In this document: positions 1 to 12,955 of the stretch, piece by piece
Position numbering within the stretch: the first letter of the stretch is position 1
How the letters are laid out: every line of letters starts with the position of its first letter
Assembly: GCF_964188315.1 (NCBI RefSeq)
Contig: NC_135660.1
Coordinates: 20,460,001 to 20,524,000, forward strand
Direction: 5' to 3'
From: Podarcis muralis
Taxonomy: Eukaryota
DNA length: 64,000 nt
Made by a program: the position numbers and the translations under genes
Notes under the pieces: model-generated
Seen by the model: only the letters and a program-made list of their open reading frames with translations
Told to the model about the DNA's origin: nothing
Database searches by the model: none

Positions 1-301
1 GGCGAGCTCATGAGAAAGCAGTTTTTTCTCTCAGCAAGTTGCTAGCACTCTCATTAATTACACCTGTGCTACCTAGTCTGTACCAGAGCTTCAAGGCTAA
101 AGATGGCCAGTTTGCTAATTGGGGAAAATTCCACAGCTGTGAAATCACATGTGGATCCTGGAGTCAGCTTTGGAAAGTTATAACCTAGGCATCTTCTGAT
201 GGGCTGGGAAGAGTCAGGCTAGTTACGGAGTGAAAGTCTTTACCTCCCTGACTGGCACCTGTGTTCCCTCCACATTAGGTCATGGATTAAATGACAATAT
301 A

Positions 302-518
302 CAGTGGTACCTCCGGTTAAGAACTTAATTCTTAACCTGAAACTGTTCTTAACCTGAGGTACCACTTTAGCTAATGGGGCCTCCCCCCGCCGCCGCCGCA
401 CGATTTCTGTTCTCATCCTGAGGTAAAGTTCTTAACCCGAGGTACTACTTCCGTGTTAGTGGGGTCTGTAACCTGAAGCGTTTGTAACCCAAAGCGTTTG
501 TAACCCGAGGTACCACTG
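302..518. mobile_element. Tc1/mariner (Tigger/pogo-like) MITE, family A
   Basis: TA|CAGTGGTACC...GGTACCACTG|TA with internal taacctgaa repeats. Confidence 0.9.
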
Positions 519-799
519 TATTAGGCTAGCTTAGCTTAGCTTAATTGTTGTTGTCTTGTTTTCTGATTTCCCATCTTCCTAATAGTATTTTCCTTTCCTA
601 TTTTCCCTATTTGGTAAACGGGTTTCATTCTAGCCTGGTATTTTTAAATTACTAAAACTTCTCCCTCTTCATTTTGGTTTAAGTCTTATTTGGTTTAAGT
701 CTGGGTTTTGGACCACTTAGGTCAGGTCTGCCACTGTGAAATTTTGCCTTCTTTTGGTCTGAGGACCCAAAGAGTGGTTCTTTAGCTCTTGATCCTTGG

Positions 800-980
800 G
801 AGCTGTTCAACAGTGGCACGGTCTCCCTCGGGAGGTTATGGACTCTCCCTCTTTGGAGGTTTTTAAGCAGAGGTTGGATGGCCATCTGTTATGGATTCTT
901 TAATTGAGATACCTGCACTGCAGGGGGTTGGACCAGATGAGCCTCACTGCCCCTTCCAACTCTATGATGCTATGATTCTA
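800..980 (+). mobile_element. CR1 LINE 3' fragment
   Basis: Encodes an ORF2-like end (EVMDSPSLEVFKQRLDGHL) and ends ccttccaactctatgatgctatgattcta. Confidence 0.8.
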
Positions 981-1192
981 ACATTAAGTAAGGGAACTAC
1001 AGTGTGCATTTTATTTTTACTATTTCTTTTTTTAAAAATTAAATATTAGGATTGTGCCCTAACATATGCATGCAATTAAAGCATTTTTAAATATGACCAG
1101 ACTGTTATAATCTCATGGCCTGAATGATTGTTGCAAAGTCAGAGTATCTAAAAAAATTTATCTCCTAACATACAAAGAATTTTATCTTAGAC

Positions 1193-1320
1193 CAGGGATG
1201 GAGAAACGGTGGCCCTCCAGATGTTGCTGAAATGCAACTACCACAATTTCTGTTGATGAACAGGCTGCGACTGATAGGAATTGAAATCCAACGATATCTG
1301 GCATGGTTTCCCATTTCTAA
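1193..1320. mobile_element. Degenerate hAT-type short MITE
   Basis: cagggatgg...ggccctccagatgttgctgaa core is shared with the copy at 28189. Confidence 0.55.
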
Positions 1321-4300
1321 AGTATTCCCTTGAAGACTTGACCTGTTTTTGATCTTTAGGACCCTCAGAAGTCTAGCACCGCTGGCACGTGAGGTAAGCA
1401 GTTGATTGGCTCTCATGTTGCTGCCTTGAGCAAATCTGCTGGGAGCAAGTAATAGGGTCCTTTGTCACTCCAGATGGTGACAAGATTCATCTTGGTGAAA
1501 CAGGGCATTTCTGCCAACAGTGCCCTGACATTCAACTTGCTCATGCAAATTATGTTAATTATCTGCAATCAGATATGCAAAGCGGGTCCAATCCCCAGGC
1601 TTGTGACACATTTCCAAAGTGCCCATTCATATTGAACATTTCACTTGTCCTTGACTTAAAACACAGAAGAGAGAGAGAAAGAGAGCAACATCCTCTTCAG
1701 GAGCTTATTAATGAGTAATAAAGAGGATTGCCAACCAGTCTGTTAGGAGAGACATGCGTTCCAAACAAAAATGATATGCGTTGGCATGTGCTTCAGGACA
1801 ATCGTGACCAGGAAGCATCTTGCCAGGTAATCAGCCTGGCGTGGATTTCAACATGGCGCTGACATGATTCTTGTCACTCTTGCCAGGCCACTGAACCAAC
1901 TGCACACCGCCAGCTGCAGCTGCCTCTTTCAGGGCTTGGGATTGAATTTATTAGGACTGAAAAGGAAGAGCCGCAAGGGAGGCAAAACAAACGAAGGAGG
2001 ATGGGGTGGCACAGAAGAAGAATATTGTAACACCTTCCTGATAGATAGCTTTATCATCTCCCCTGTCTCTTTGGAGGTACTTGATAATGAATACCATTTG
2101 GAGATGCATTAAAAAAAATATCTATGGGCAGTATGTCTCTTCTTTTTAATAAAACATACCCATATAACTCTGCTGTTTTTTTCCCCAGAAGAAACATCTC
2201 CGACAAGGGAAACATACCTATTGATTAAAGTATACTGACAAGGTTTGGGCAGGATTCCAGGAACTATTTGAAATCTAAGTTGTTGCATCCATGTGTATTT
2301 GCCTCGCTTTCCTTCGCCTCCCCTTTATTTCCTTTTTCATGTTTTGCATATTGATCGACAGTTCAATTGAAAGTTTATTGAATGGGGGTGGGGGATGATA
2401 ACGGGTGGGGAAGGGTGAAGTTGAGAGTCTCGTTAAAATGTTATTGCTGTGATGTCTTGTTGAAATTCATTTTTTTATAGATAAAAAATAATAATCATAT
2501 GAGCTGAGTGATTTTTATGCATACAAGGGCTGAATTGAGAATGTTTCCGAAAGACAAAAAAGGAGACAAAAATCTGCTGGCACTAAAGCCATATTTACAT
2601 GGTATGAGCTCTAAACTGGGTGTTGGTGTGAACAGTCTTGCTGCACACTTGGCTCCCATTCCTCCATCTCATACTGTAAAAAGCAACAACCCATCACTTG
2701 TCTGTGCAGAAGGGGAGGAGCGTACAGATGTCTATCAGTTTTGTTTGTGTGTGTGTGTTTAAAGGACAAAGAGCTCATTAGAAGGGGGGGATTAACTCCC
2801 CTCTCCAAAGTTTTTAAAGGATCTACAGTGCTACCAGCATGATGGGAGAGGTCTATGGCTGTGCCATTGGTGACTAGAGATGTCATGGGCACTAAATGAT
2901 AGGTGCCCATGATGCTCTCAAAACCAGAATACCTGCAGCTATTGGAAGTAAAGGAAGCGTTTGTTGGTGGGACTAATCCCATGACTCAGTAACTCCATTC
3001 TGTGTTTTGAGAACAGAGGATATGCAATTTCTCTGCAATCAATATACTACCTGAGAAGGAAACTCTCCATCACGGCGGGCATGCTAAACACAAGAATGTT
3101 GCTTGGATCTCCTGCAGGGAATGCATAAGCTTATCCAAAAAGGCTTCAGCCAACAGAGTTCTGTTAAAAGAAGAGAATGGACCACTGCTGACACTAAGAT
3201 GTTCATTTTTTTCACATGCTCCATGCCAGAGCCCTGGTTAGTCAACAGGCCATTGCCATGCCAAGCTACAACACACACACAAAATGATGCACACACATTG
3301 TGTGTGGACCTCAGGCTGTTGTGTTTGAACAAGGGCCTAGCAGTCTATTAGACTGTCACTTTGAATGGAGACTTTCAGGACCATAATAACTAAAATTCCA
3401 GACATTCTTTGTCTAATGATAGGGATACGTCCCTAGGCTTAATGTGAACTTTCCAGCAGGGGTGCTCAGCAATGGAAACTGTATTTAAAATGTCGTTCAT
3501 GTTTAGCTATGTTGGATGGACTCATAATATTTATAGTGCATGAACTGTTTCATTAGGAAGTTAAAACATCTTACTATATATCGCCTAGACATTTATAGAA
3601 GGAGGTTCATAGCTGAGCAGAAATGGAATTTCAGGCCAGGTCAGCCTAAGTGCAACTACACTGCACACATTTCCCCTTATGGCTTGATATTTAAGCTCTA
3701 TTTTGCCACTAAGTTGTATCAGTCTGTTTCAACAATATTACCTAGTCAGATGGCGTTAATGTTCAGTTGTTCAGGCAATCTTGAGGGGAGGAGGGAAAGG
3801 GCGCCTAGGAAGAAATTACCATTATGAATGATGAATAGATAAACCTCTCCCAAACAAATTCCTTTTTTAAAGGAGCAAGGGTATGTTGTGGGGGGGGGGG
3901 AGATGCAATTTCTGAGCACCAAACCAAAGCAGATAAATACAATAGTTTCTCTTGGCAAATAATACAGAGCCTAAACGTGTGCTGCAGTAAACAAAAATCC
4001 ATTTCATTTTAGATGTGATACGCGAAGGCACTGACATTTAAATTTGAAAATCAATTTATAATGATGCCTCTTGGATTATTCTAATTGATGGTTTTCCTTA
4101 AAATTGAACTCAAGGAGACAATGGTGGGTCAATACCAAATTAAAAGCAGCAGCACGGCCGGCTGACCTTGAACTTAGCAGCATCAGTATTCAGGTGGTAA
4201 ACATGGTTAGTCATATTTTCCAGGGGGGTTACTCTCTTGCTGACTATAAAGAATGGCAGCATGGGGCCTGAGTTCAGTTAATAACATCATAACAGCCCTG

Positions 4301-4744
4301 CTGGATCGGACCAAAGGTCCACTGAGTCCAGTGTTCCGCTTCTCAGAGTGGCTTAAACAATCAATCCCTCTTCTCAAGGGACTCTGGGAACTGTAGCTTG
4401 GTGATGAAAATAGAGGTCTCCTCACAATGTGGTTTGGGGGGGGTGCTTCCTTTCGTCTGTCTTGAATTTCCCACCAATTCAGCTTCAATGGGTGACACTA
4501 GGCTCTAGTCTTATGAGACAAGTCCGCTTACCACTTATTGGTTTGGCAGCACTGCAGGCCAGTGCCACCTTGCTTGACATGATCCAACAATGAACGCCTG
4601 TTTGAGGACATATCCAGAAAGCAGTGAAGCCAAATGGTCTGCCTCGCTGGCCAATTGCAGGCAGGCTAAGGAGCAGGCTCTTCCAGGGAGCAGGTCCAAC
4701 TGAGTGCTACTTCCTCCTCGTTCAGTTTGTTGAGGCAGCAGGTG

Positions 4745-4892
4745 CCTCAGCCTCACTCACCTCACATAGTGTTTGTTGTGGGGAAGGAAGGGGAAGGAGA
4801 TTGCTAGCCGCTTTGAGATTCCTTAAGGGGAGTGAAAGGTGGGATATCAAGTCCAAACTCCTCCTCCTCCTCCCCTTCTTCTTCTTCTTCTT
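4745..4892 (+). mobile_element. 3' half of tRNA-derived SINE (Squam3-like)
   Basis: Near-identical to 24770-24890. CTC/CTT tail. Confidence 0.8.
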
Positions 4893-4929
4893 GGCACACA
4901 GTCTCTCCCAGGATCCTGACCAGTGTAAT

Positions 4930-5100
4930 TAGGTTGCCATATTTCAGTAAGTAAAAATCAGGACACCCCAAAAGTTGTTGAGGAGTTGTGTGTTTTTTTA
5001 GGAAGACCCCAAAATTTCTGAGCTTTTTATATAGGAAAACCCAAAAGTTGTTGCCACGATTTTTCGATTGACTTGCCTAATATCCAGGACAAAGCAACAG
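4930..5100. mobile_element. hAT (Tip100-like) remnant; related pieces at about 30790-30963 and 33945-34000
   Basis: taggttgccatatttc terminus and a shared aaaagttgttgag motif. The 30.9 kb copy ends ggcaacccta. Confidence 0.5.
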
Positions 5101-6498
5101 CTTTCGGGAATTTACAAAATGTTTTGTAAAACAATGTTGTAAACAATTACTTAACTGCTTGATTTAGTGAGAGTCTGGTCCAATATCTGCCATTTGTGGG
5201 GCATGGGGGAGGGTTTCCCTATTCTGCTTTTGATATAATCGACCTTTCATGAAGACTTGGCGGTTACATGTTCACTTAGACAAAGACCTGATCCCTTATA
5301 AAAAGCCAGAGACAGGTGTTTAACTCATATTTTACTTACCAATTTCACCTATAATTCATACAAACGAATGACAACGAACCTTAGAAGCTGAAATAAATAC
5401 CAAAAACAGGACCGATTTTAATATTTCTGTGTGGTGGATAGGTTTATTTATTGTTAGCTCTTCTGTTTAGTCTTCAAAACTGATCCATGTTCAGGAAGAT
5501 TCTGGGCTGTAAAGAATGTACCCTATAAACTGGAGAACCCCCAAACAAGTTAATTTGTTCCAGATGATTTACCGTTATTCATCTATACTTAACAGGACCA
5601 TAGAACACTGTGTTACATTTTATCACTTATGGCAAGATATGAGACATGCTGATATCAGCTGAAGATTATGATATAATGGTGTGCAGGTTTATCAGAAAGA
5701 GAATGGGACCCAGAAATCTTGATTAGCAATCCCTGCTACCTTGTAATGAGTTTCCAGATCAGCAGGGGTGAAATTACATGCCAAAATAACATATAAATTA
5801 TTCCCTGCTTAAGCAGAGGGCTCTTCTGTGCTGTTGCCTATTTGCAGGATCATGAAGTTTCAACTTCCTATATATATATATATACATTACGGAATGAAAG
5901 CTTGCGTTTACTTTGGATAAATGAACATGGCTTTGAAGTCTGAACTTGGGAACTTCTACCTTATCAGCCAGATACACAGAAGAATGGTGAAAGATTCATG
6001 ATGACTAATTATCTTATTCACTCATTGAAGTTTCGTCATTTCAATTCCATGTTCAGTTCAGTTCAGCTCAAAGGTTTTAACAAGAAAAAGCCAGAAGGAC
6101 AACATGGCAATATGATATGAACATAATATCTAATACAGGTAATCAAATTGATAATCTGCAATTAATCAACCTCTGTAGCTTCCTTCCTAAATTCCCAGGC
6201 CTAAACATTAAATTTCATGTAGGATAAGGTCATCAGTGCCTACTAGCCACAATGGGCATGTTATTCCTCCAATTGTCCAAAACAGTATGTCTCTGAACGA
6301 TAATTTCTGGGAATCACAAATGGGCAGAATTCTGTTGCACTCACTTTCTGCTTGCAGGGTTCCCATAGGCATCTGGTCGGCCTCTGTGAGAACAGAAAGC
6401 TGGTTTAGATGGGCATATGATCTTATGTTTTTAATTGAACCCCCTAAATGTGTATTATGATTACAGAGCAAAAACTTCATATTATCAGTATCAGAATA

Positions 6499-6727
6499 CA
6501 GTGGTACCTCGGGTTAAGAACTTAATTCGTTCCGGAGGTCTGTTCTTAACCTGAAACTGTTCTTAACCTGAAGCTAATGGGGCCTCCCACTGCCGCCGTG
6601 CCACCATCGTGCAATTTCTGTTCTCATCCTGAAGCAAAGTTCTTAACCTGAGGTACCATTTCTGGGTTAGCGGGGTCTAACCTGAAACGTCTGTAACCTG
6701 AAGTGTCTGTAACCCGAGATACCACTA
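6499..6727. mobile_element. Tc1/mariner MITE, family A
   Basis: TA flanks and CAGTGGTACC TIR; right TIR slightly degenerate. Confidence 0.9.
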
Positions 6728-7589
6728 TAATGGTGTTGGGCAGGGCCTAGTAGGTTACTGAGTCCAACCCCATGTTTGATGCAAGGAATCGAGAGTGAGA
6801 GCATATAACTGGAGCATCCCCAGCAAATAGGACGACTCAGAAAACCTCTGCTGGAGGATTGCTGCAGAATGCAATAGATGCCATGCAGTAAGACTGCCCT
6901 TATTGCCACATGGGAGGTGCAATTATGCACTCTAACTTGGTCAGCCTCAGGGTGAATTCTATGCCAGTTTCATCACATGCCGCTCCCTAGAATACCATGG
7001 GGTACTGAGGGCTCCATAGCACCAGAGAGAGGGTGCTCAGAAGTGAGCATGTGACTAGCCCTTTGCCCCTCACCATTCCACCGTGAGATGGCAGCCTCAG
7101 CAGGGTCACTTGAGCTATCCACTGGAAAGTCCCCCGCAGCATTCCGTAGTCCATCAGGATCAATGTCTGATCAATCTTGAATTGCAGTCTTGTACCCTCG
7201 CCAGTCATACTACTTACCTGCAAACAGTTGCCCTTTTGGGAGAAGTTGGGGGCAAAATAGGAGTTGAGCAAAGAGATGTAGCAAGGCACCGGTCTCTGTT
7301 TCTTCCCATATTCATCGCATGCGGTGCTGTTTCCATTCCACTGCAGTTAGTTGACTCACTATCCGCTACGGTGGAATTTTACATAATTAATTATGTGATG
7401 AATGACATTGTTATTATGTTGCTCCACACCATTTTAATGGGGGAGGATATCATAATCAATTGCTGGTCATTAAATATCGTTTGTGGGATGAAAACAACAG
7501 CAGTGTTCACTGCAATTATTTCCATTACAGACACGGGGTGGATAAGCGAGCATCGGCAATTTCTGCCCTCATGATTTTGCCTTTATTTA

Positions 7590-8190
7590 TTTATTTTACA
7601 AATTTAAACAGACAACTTTAATTCCAAATGCAAAACATACATTGATCATCGACTTCCCTCCCCATCCCGTCCATGCTTCATTTTATCAACTCTTTTCTGC
7701 TACATATTCTATTCCCTCCCCCATTCTCATTTTCCCAATTTTATATCAAAATATTTCTTACTGCTGAATTTATTCTAATGCTGTTGACGTTTTGATGTGT
7801 TTACAATCACTTGTAGAGGAAGAGGAGTGCGGGGGGAGCGCACCATCCCTGGCAGCGCAATCCCAGGAGGGTGCTATTGCAGCTGCCAGCCACCCGCGCG
7901 TGCTGGGCACCATGCCCCTGCGGGCAGTGCGCCCCACCCCCGGGGTGTGCGCCAGCCCCTCTCCCTGCCTGCTCTCTGCCCCCCGGTGCCAGAGCATGAA
8001 GCTTCACCACTGTTTACAATGATTCATCAGATATTCTACATATTTTTTTCAGTCTTCCTTATATATATTTTCATCCTGATCTCTTAGTCAACTCATCAAA
8101 TTGGCCATTTCTATATATTCTGTCAATTTCATTTGCCATTCCTTTCTTGATATTGTGCCCTCCTTCCATTTCTCCCTCATGTTTTTGTCA
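7590..8190 (-). mobile_element. L1-like LINE 3' fragment, interrupted by a hAT insertion
   Basis: Minus strand near 8040-8180 reads KWKEGTISRKEWQMKLTEYIEMA, resembling the fragment at 54587 and L1 ORF2 C-termini. Confidence 0.6.
7808..8012. mobile_element. GC-rich hAT-type non-autonomous element (205 bp)
   Basis: 8-bp TSD tttacaat at 7800-7807 and 8013-8020. Right end caccactg; left TIR degenerate. Confidence 0.7.
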
Positions 8191-8958
8191 AAACTCTCCA
8201 ACATCCCCAGTTGAACAATTCAACTTTCTCTTTCTCATTTGTTAACTTCTCCTTCTTGTGTAAGCTCTTCTGCCTTTGGTTGTGGTCCTGTGCACATTGT
8301 CTTGGAGCTAAGCCCCTTTGGACAGAATGGGACTTACTTCCAACCAGGAAACATAGGAAGGATTACACTGTTCGTTTGCTATTGCTATCTCCAGGAAACA
8401 GCAAATGCTATACTATTTGCAGAACCCCTAAACCTTTCCATCTGAGATAGTTTATAGAAGAGTTAGAGGAAAGCTTTATTTTTCATCCACCATCTGTTCA
8501 GTGAATTTTGCAAATTTATGGGGATGTAAATAACTACACTGTGTATTCTTTCAAGCCATTATGGAGAAAACTAGATTCATTGTTCTCTCAAGTGTGTGTT
8601 TTACTGCTTAGCTGATGTCTTACGTGACATGTGGCAAAAGAGGAAAGTGAACTTTTCACTGCTATTTACGCAGTCTCATCAATCGTGTGAAGAGTGCTCA
8701 AAAATGGATAGGAGAATAGCCTCATTCTTAAAGTGATCTACATTCAGTTTCTAAATCTATCACCGACCACTGTCACAGTGAAAAGGCAAGATTCACACAT
8801 ACCCCTTCATCTGAGCTGTTGTAATGCACACATATCTTTTATTTCTTCTATAGGGAAAACCCATATGAAAGTTGTCCCACCTGGCAATCACACAATTTAA
8901 CCCCACAGTTCGGAATTCCTTTCCAAGATGAGGTTCATCTGCCCTCATACATTCCTTT

Positions 8959-9310
8959 AAGGTAAAGGTAAAGGGACCCCTGACCATTAGGTCCAGTCGT
9001 GGCCGACTCTGGGGTTGCGGTGCTCATCTCGCTTTATTGGCCGAGGGAGCCGGCGTACAGCTGGTCATGTGACCAGCATGACTAAGCCGCTTATGGCAAA
9101 CCAGAGCAGCGCACGGAAACGCCGTTTACCTTCCCGCTGAAGTGGTACCTATTTAACTACTTGCACTTTGACGTGCTTTTGATCTGCTAGGTTGGCAGGA
9201 GCAGGGTCTGAGCAACGGGAGTTCACACCGTCATGGGGATTCGAACCGCCGACCTTCTGATCAGCAAGTCCTAGGCTCTGTGGTTTAACCCACAGCGCCG
9301 CCCGCGTCCC
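8959..9310 (-). mobile_element. Sauria SINE, full length
   Basis: tRNA-like head gggacgcgggcggcgctgtgg and (tttacc)n tail. About 12-bp TSD atacattc(c/t)ttt. Confidence 0.92.
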
Positions 9311-12294
9311 ATACATTCTTTTACTTGTTCATAATTAATATTAGGCAGGTGTCTTTCACTGTATTACCCACTAAAGACTCTTTTGTTAGGCAAGTCTAGA
9401 AAACATGTAATATTTTAAAAATTACTGATTTTATCCATATTTTGATAAATTTTATGTCTTCTTGTTTTTAACATTGGGTTTTATTGGTATTGTATTTTGA
9501 ATATTTTATATGTTTTTATGTAAACCACTTAGAGGTTTTTGTCAATTAGGTGGTAGGTAAATAAAAATTAAATATGTATTTCAACCTAGCAAAAAGCCAC
9601 TCATGTAACTTGCTCCAAATGACATAATCTTCACACATCAGACTGAAACAACAGAAGTTTGCAGAAGTTACTTGGTCTGAATGCATACTACATTTTTACT
9701 CTCCTTTTTATTTTATTTTATTTTTATTTTTAAAAGAAAAAGAACCTTTAAAAGGCATGCTTTGACTGCTTTCACATGGTTTACTTAAGCTACCTGGTCC
9801 CAACCTCTAATAGAAAACCTTGCCGGTATTTGTGCGTGTGTGAACAGGGATGTAAGAAGGAATCATTTTCCATTTTGCCCTGTACTCATTGCATGCAGCG
9901 CTGTTTACATTCCACCTCATTCCACCTTCTGCCAAGAACCACATTATTCATTTCTCTGTCTGCTATGGTGAAGTTTTGCAACTTATGTAATTAATTATGT
10001 TTATTATTTTGCCATTACATTATACCATTCATTTCAATGCAAAGGAAACACAGTACAAATGAGGGAGGGAAGTAATCAATTGTGTATCGTTTGTGGGCTG
10101 AAAGCAACAATAACAGTGAATACCAATCGTATTAGCTGAATTGATTTCCATTCCAGACATGGGATGTACTATAAGCAAGGATCAGCAATTTCCACTCTCG
10201 TTTCTGTTTTCATCAGAATTCGCCAACATCCCTAGACGCATGGAGGCATTTCAGCACAATGTTCAAACAATACTATCACCTTTATGAAGGTCTGTTCCAT
10301 CATCTTAGTAGATGCCAATAACCTGCTGTCTGGACTCTTGCTCACAGCTAGAGCAGAGCCTAAAGTAAATCTATTATCAGCTTATCTGACAGACTTTGCA
10401 GAATTATCCTAAGCAAACAAGTCTGTTGGGCAAAGTACAGCTCTTCAGGAAAAGCAGGTAGACAAGGAATCAGATCCTGCAGAGAGGAAGGTCAGAAGAA
10501 GGGGTAGAGAGCCCAAAGAGGGTATAACCAATTGCCCTCACATCTCAAGCAGTTTAGACAACTGGTGTGAGCCTAACTGGAATTAACATGGTGCTTGTTA
10601 AGTGGTCTCAATTAGAAAGTAGAGTTGAGGCACCAGAATAAATATGTCCAAAAAGATCTGATAGCAAGTATTCAAGAATGTCTGGAGAATGGAGACAATT
10701 GCAGGCTAGTCTATCCAAAGCTTTGTTGTACTGAATGAAAACTCAAGAAACTACTTTAGGGAGAGGAATTAGTAGGTGCTTTTTAGAATTAATATGGAAC
10801 AAAGTTTGGCAATTGTGGTCCATTAGCATTCAATTCTGTGTCTTGTGTTTGTTTTGTTGTAGGGATTCATACCTCGTCCTTCAGTCAGATTTTCAGGGCA
10901 GCAAAAGATCAATCAGTCTGTCTCTTGCAATTGCCCCAGCTGACCTGGATGTGAAGTTAAACCAGGGGAACCCGTGTCTTAAACCAGGGGGACTTATATA
11001 TGCAGAGGAAAAGAAGTGCAAGGAAATGGAATTTATCTATTTATTGCATATTAATTCAGCCTGTCTGTCCAGAAACAAAATGTCCCAATTCATAGCTCAG
11101 TCTCTTAACCGCTACACTGCAGCAGCTCTAAATCTGCAATAACAGAATTAAATAATCAAACAGCAGGTTTTGCAAATAAGAATTTAAAGCATTTTTATCT
11201 TAAACCCAGGTTATCAGAATTCACATAACTGAAGTTAAAAAACTAGAATTCTTGCAATAACTATGTGTTTGCTTCTTGAAAAGTCACTAGCCTGTTATAC
11301 AAAGTCTTCATTGCCTCTGGTTACAGCTAAAATGAATGTCAGTGCCACTCCATTTACTTATACCAACATAAAAAATGTATCATAAATACCACGTTTAATC
11401 ATATGCAAATTGTCCGCATGCTGCATGTCTCAAATCCACGGAGCCCAGGAAGCTGTAAAGCAATGCTCAACACTTTAAATTTAAGCTTTCGCCCTTTTTT
11501 ATTTGAGATGTGATGGATTCAGCTCTGGAGAATAATATTTGTTTTTAAAAATGTAATGTATGAATATAAACATTTCACCACTTCACACTTTATAGTATAT
11601 CATCTCCCTGAGCAGAACTCATTTGTTACGGTCAGAACTTCAATCGCTATCTCTTGTTAGGGTCCCCAGTTTTAAGTTCAAGACCAGTCTCAGTCCACGG
11701 GAAGCATGAAGCATTCGTCTCGTGTCTTGGGCTTGCAGCCAGCAGTGGGGAGAGAGGCAGGCAGCAGGGCAGGGAATGATCAGGAATGGATTAATTGCTG
11801 TGCTAAGTAAGCTACGGAGAAGCTACAGCTCAGGCAGTTACACAGATATGCAGTTGAGAGTTCCCCCGACACAAAGAGCACAGCTATCTTTCTTCTGCCA
11901 AAGGGCACTTCTGATTTCCACCACAGCTCTGAAAATGGTTCTGCTTCTTGGTTATAAAGGGAAGCAAAGCCTCATTTGCAGCTGTGGACAAGTTTAGGAT
12001 AGTAGAAGCATAAAGAGCAGAGTGCAGTATGACTTTCCAAAGGCATCTGCAAATATCTGCTCTAAGGAGCAACCACCTTCTTCTGTCTGAGATCCACTGG
12101 TATTCCTTATCATCCTCTTATGAAACAAAAATATGCCTGTTGCTTACGGTGCTCATACTCAATTTTCTGACCATGGCAGGCCTGTTATATAACGTTAGCA
12201 TACTCTCTGCATGGAAGAGCAGTGAGGAGGAAGGTCACTGCCTGGCCCTTGCGTCCTCTTCACCAGTGTGTTGGGGGAGGGTTGGCTGGTAGGA

Positions 12295-12813
12295 CAGTGG
12301 TGCCTCGCAAGACGAAAAGAATCCGTTCCGCGAGTCTCTTCGTCTTGCGTTTTTTTCGTCTTGCGAAGCAAGCCCATTAGCGGCTTAGCGGATTAGCGCT
12401 ATTAGCGGCTTAGCGGGCTTAGCGGATCAGCTGTTAAGCGGCTTAGCGGATCAGCTGATAAGCGGCTTAGCGATCAGCTGTTAAGTGGCTTAGCGGCTTA
12501 GCGGATCAGCTGTTAAGCGGCTTAGCAGATCAGCTGTTAAGCGGCTTAGCGGCTTAGCGGATCAGCTGATAAGCGGCTTAGCGATCAGCTGTTAAGCGGC
12601 TTAGCGGCTTAGCGGATCAGCTGATAAGCGGCTTGGCGGCTTGGGAAAAAGGGGAGGGGAGGGAAAAAAAACCTGCAGGAACTCGCAAGACATTTTCATC
12701 TTGCGAAGCAAGCCCATAGGAAATACGTTTTGAGAAGCACCTCCAAAACAGAAAACCCTTTCATCTAGCGGGTTTTCCGTCTTGCGAGGCATTCGTCTTG
12801 CGGGGCACCACTG
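12295..12813. mobile_element. Tc1/mariner MITE, family B, with expanded internal minisatellite
   Basis: CAGTGGTGCC...GGCACCACTG|TA; left flank reads GA. ttagcgg-rich array at 12377-12642. Confidence 0.88.
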
Positions 12814-12955
12814 TATGTGCTGCCCCTCAAAAATGCCCCACCTAAAAAGAAGAGTGTCTACAGGGCTTGGCCTTTGTGTATATGCCATATGCACGAGGGA
12901 AGTCGACTACACCCCTACGCCCTTCTGAGATTTCCATGAATTAGCAGAATGTGGG

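Noticed and set aside
7208-7221. acttacctg resembling the U1 snRNA 5' end or a minus-strand donor
   Set aside because: No further U1 similarity and no supported exon.
7083-7574. 163-aa ORF
   Set aside because: No recognisable domain or splice context, and it runs across repeat-derived segments.
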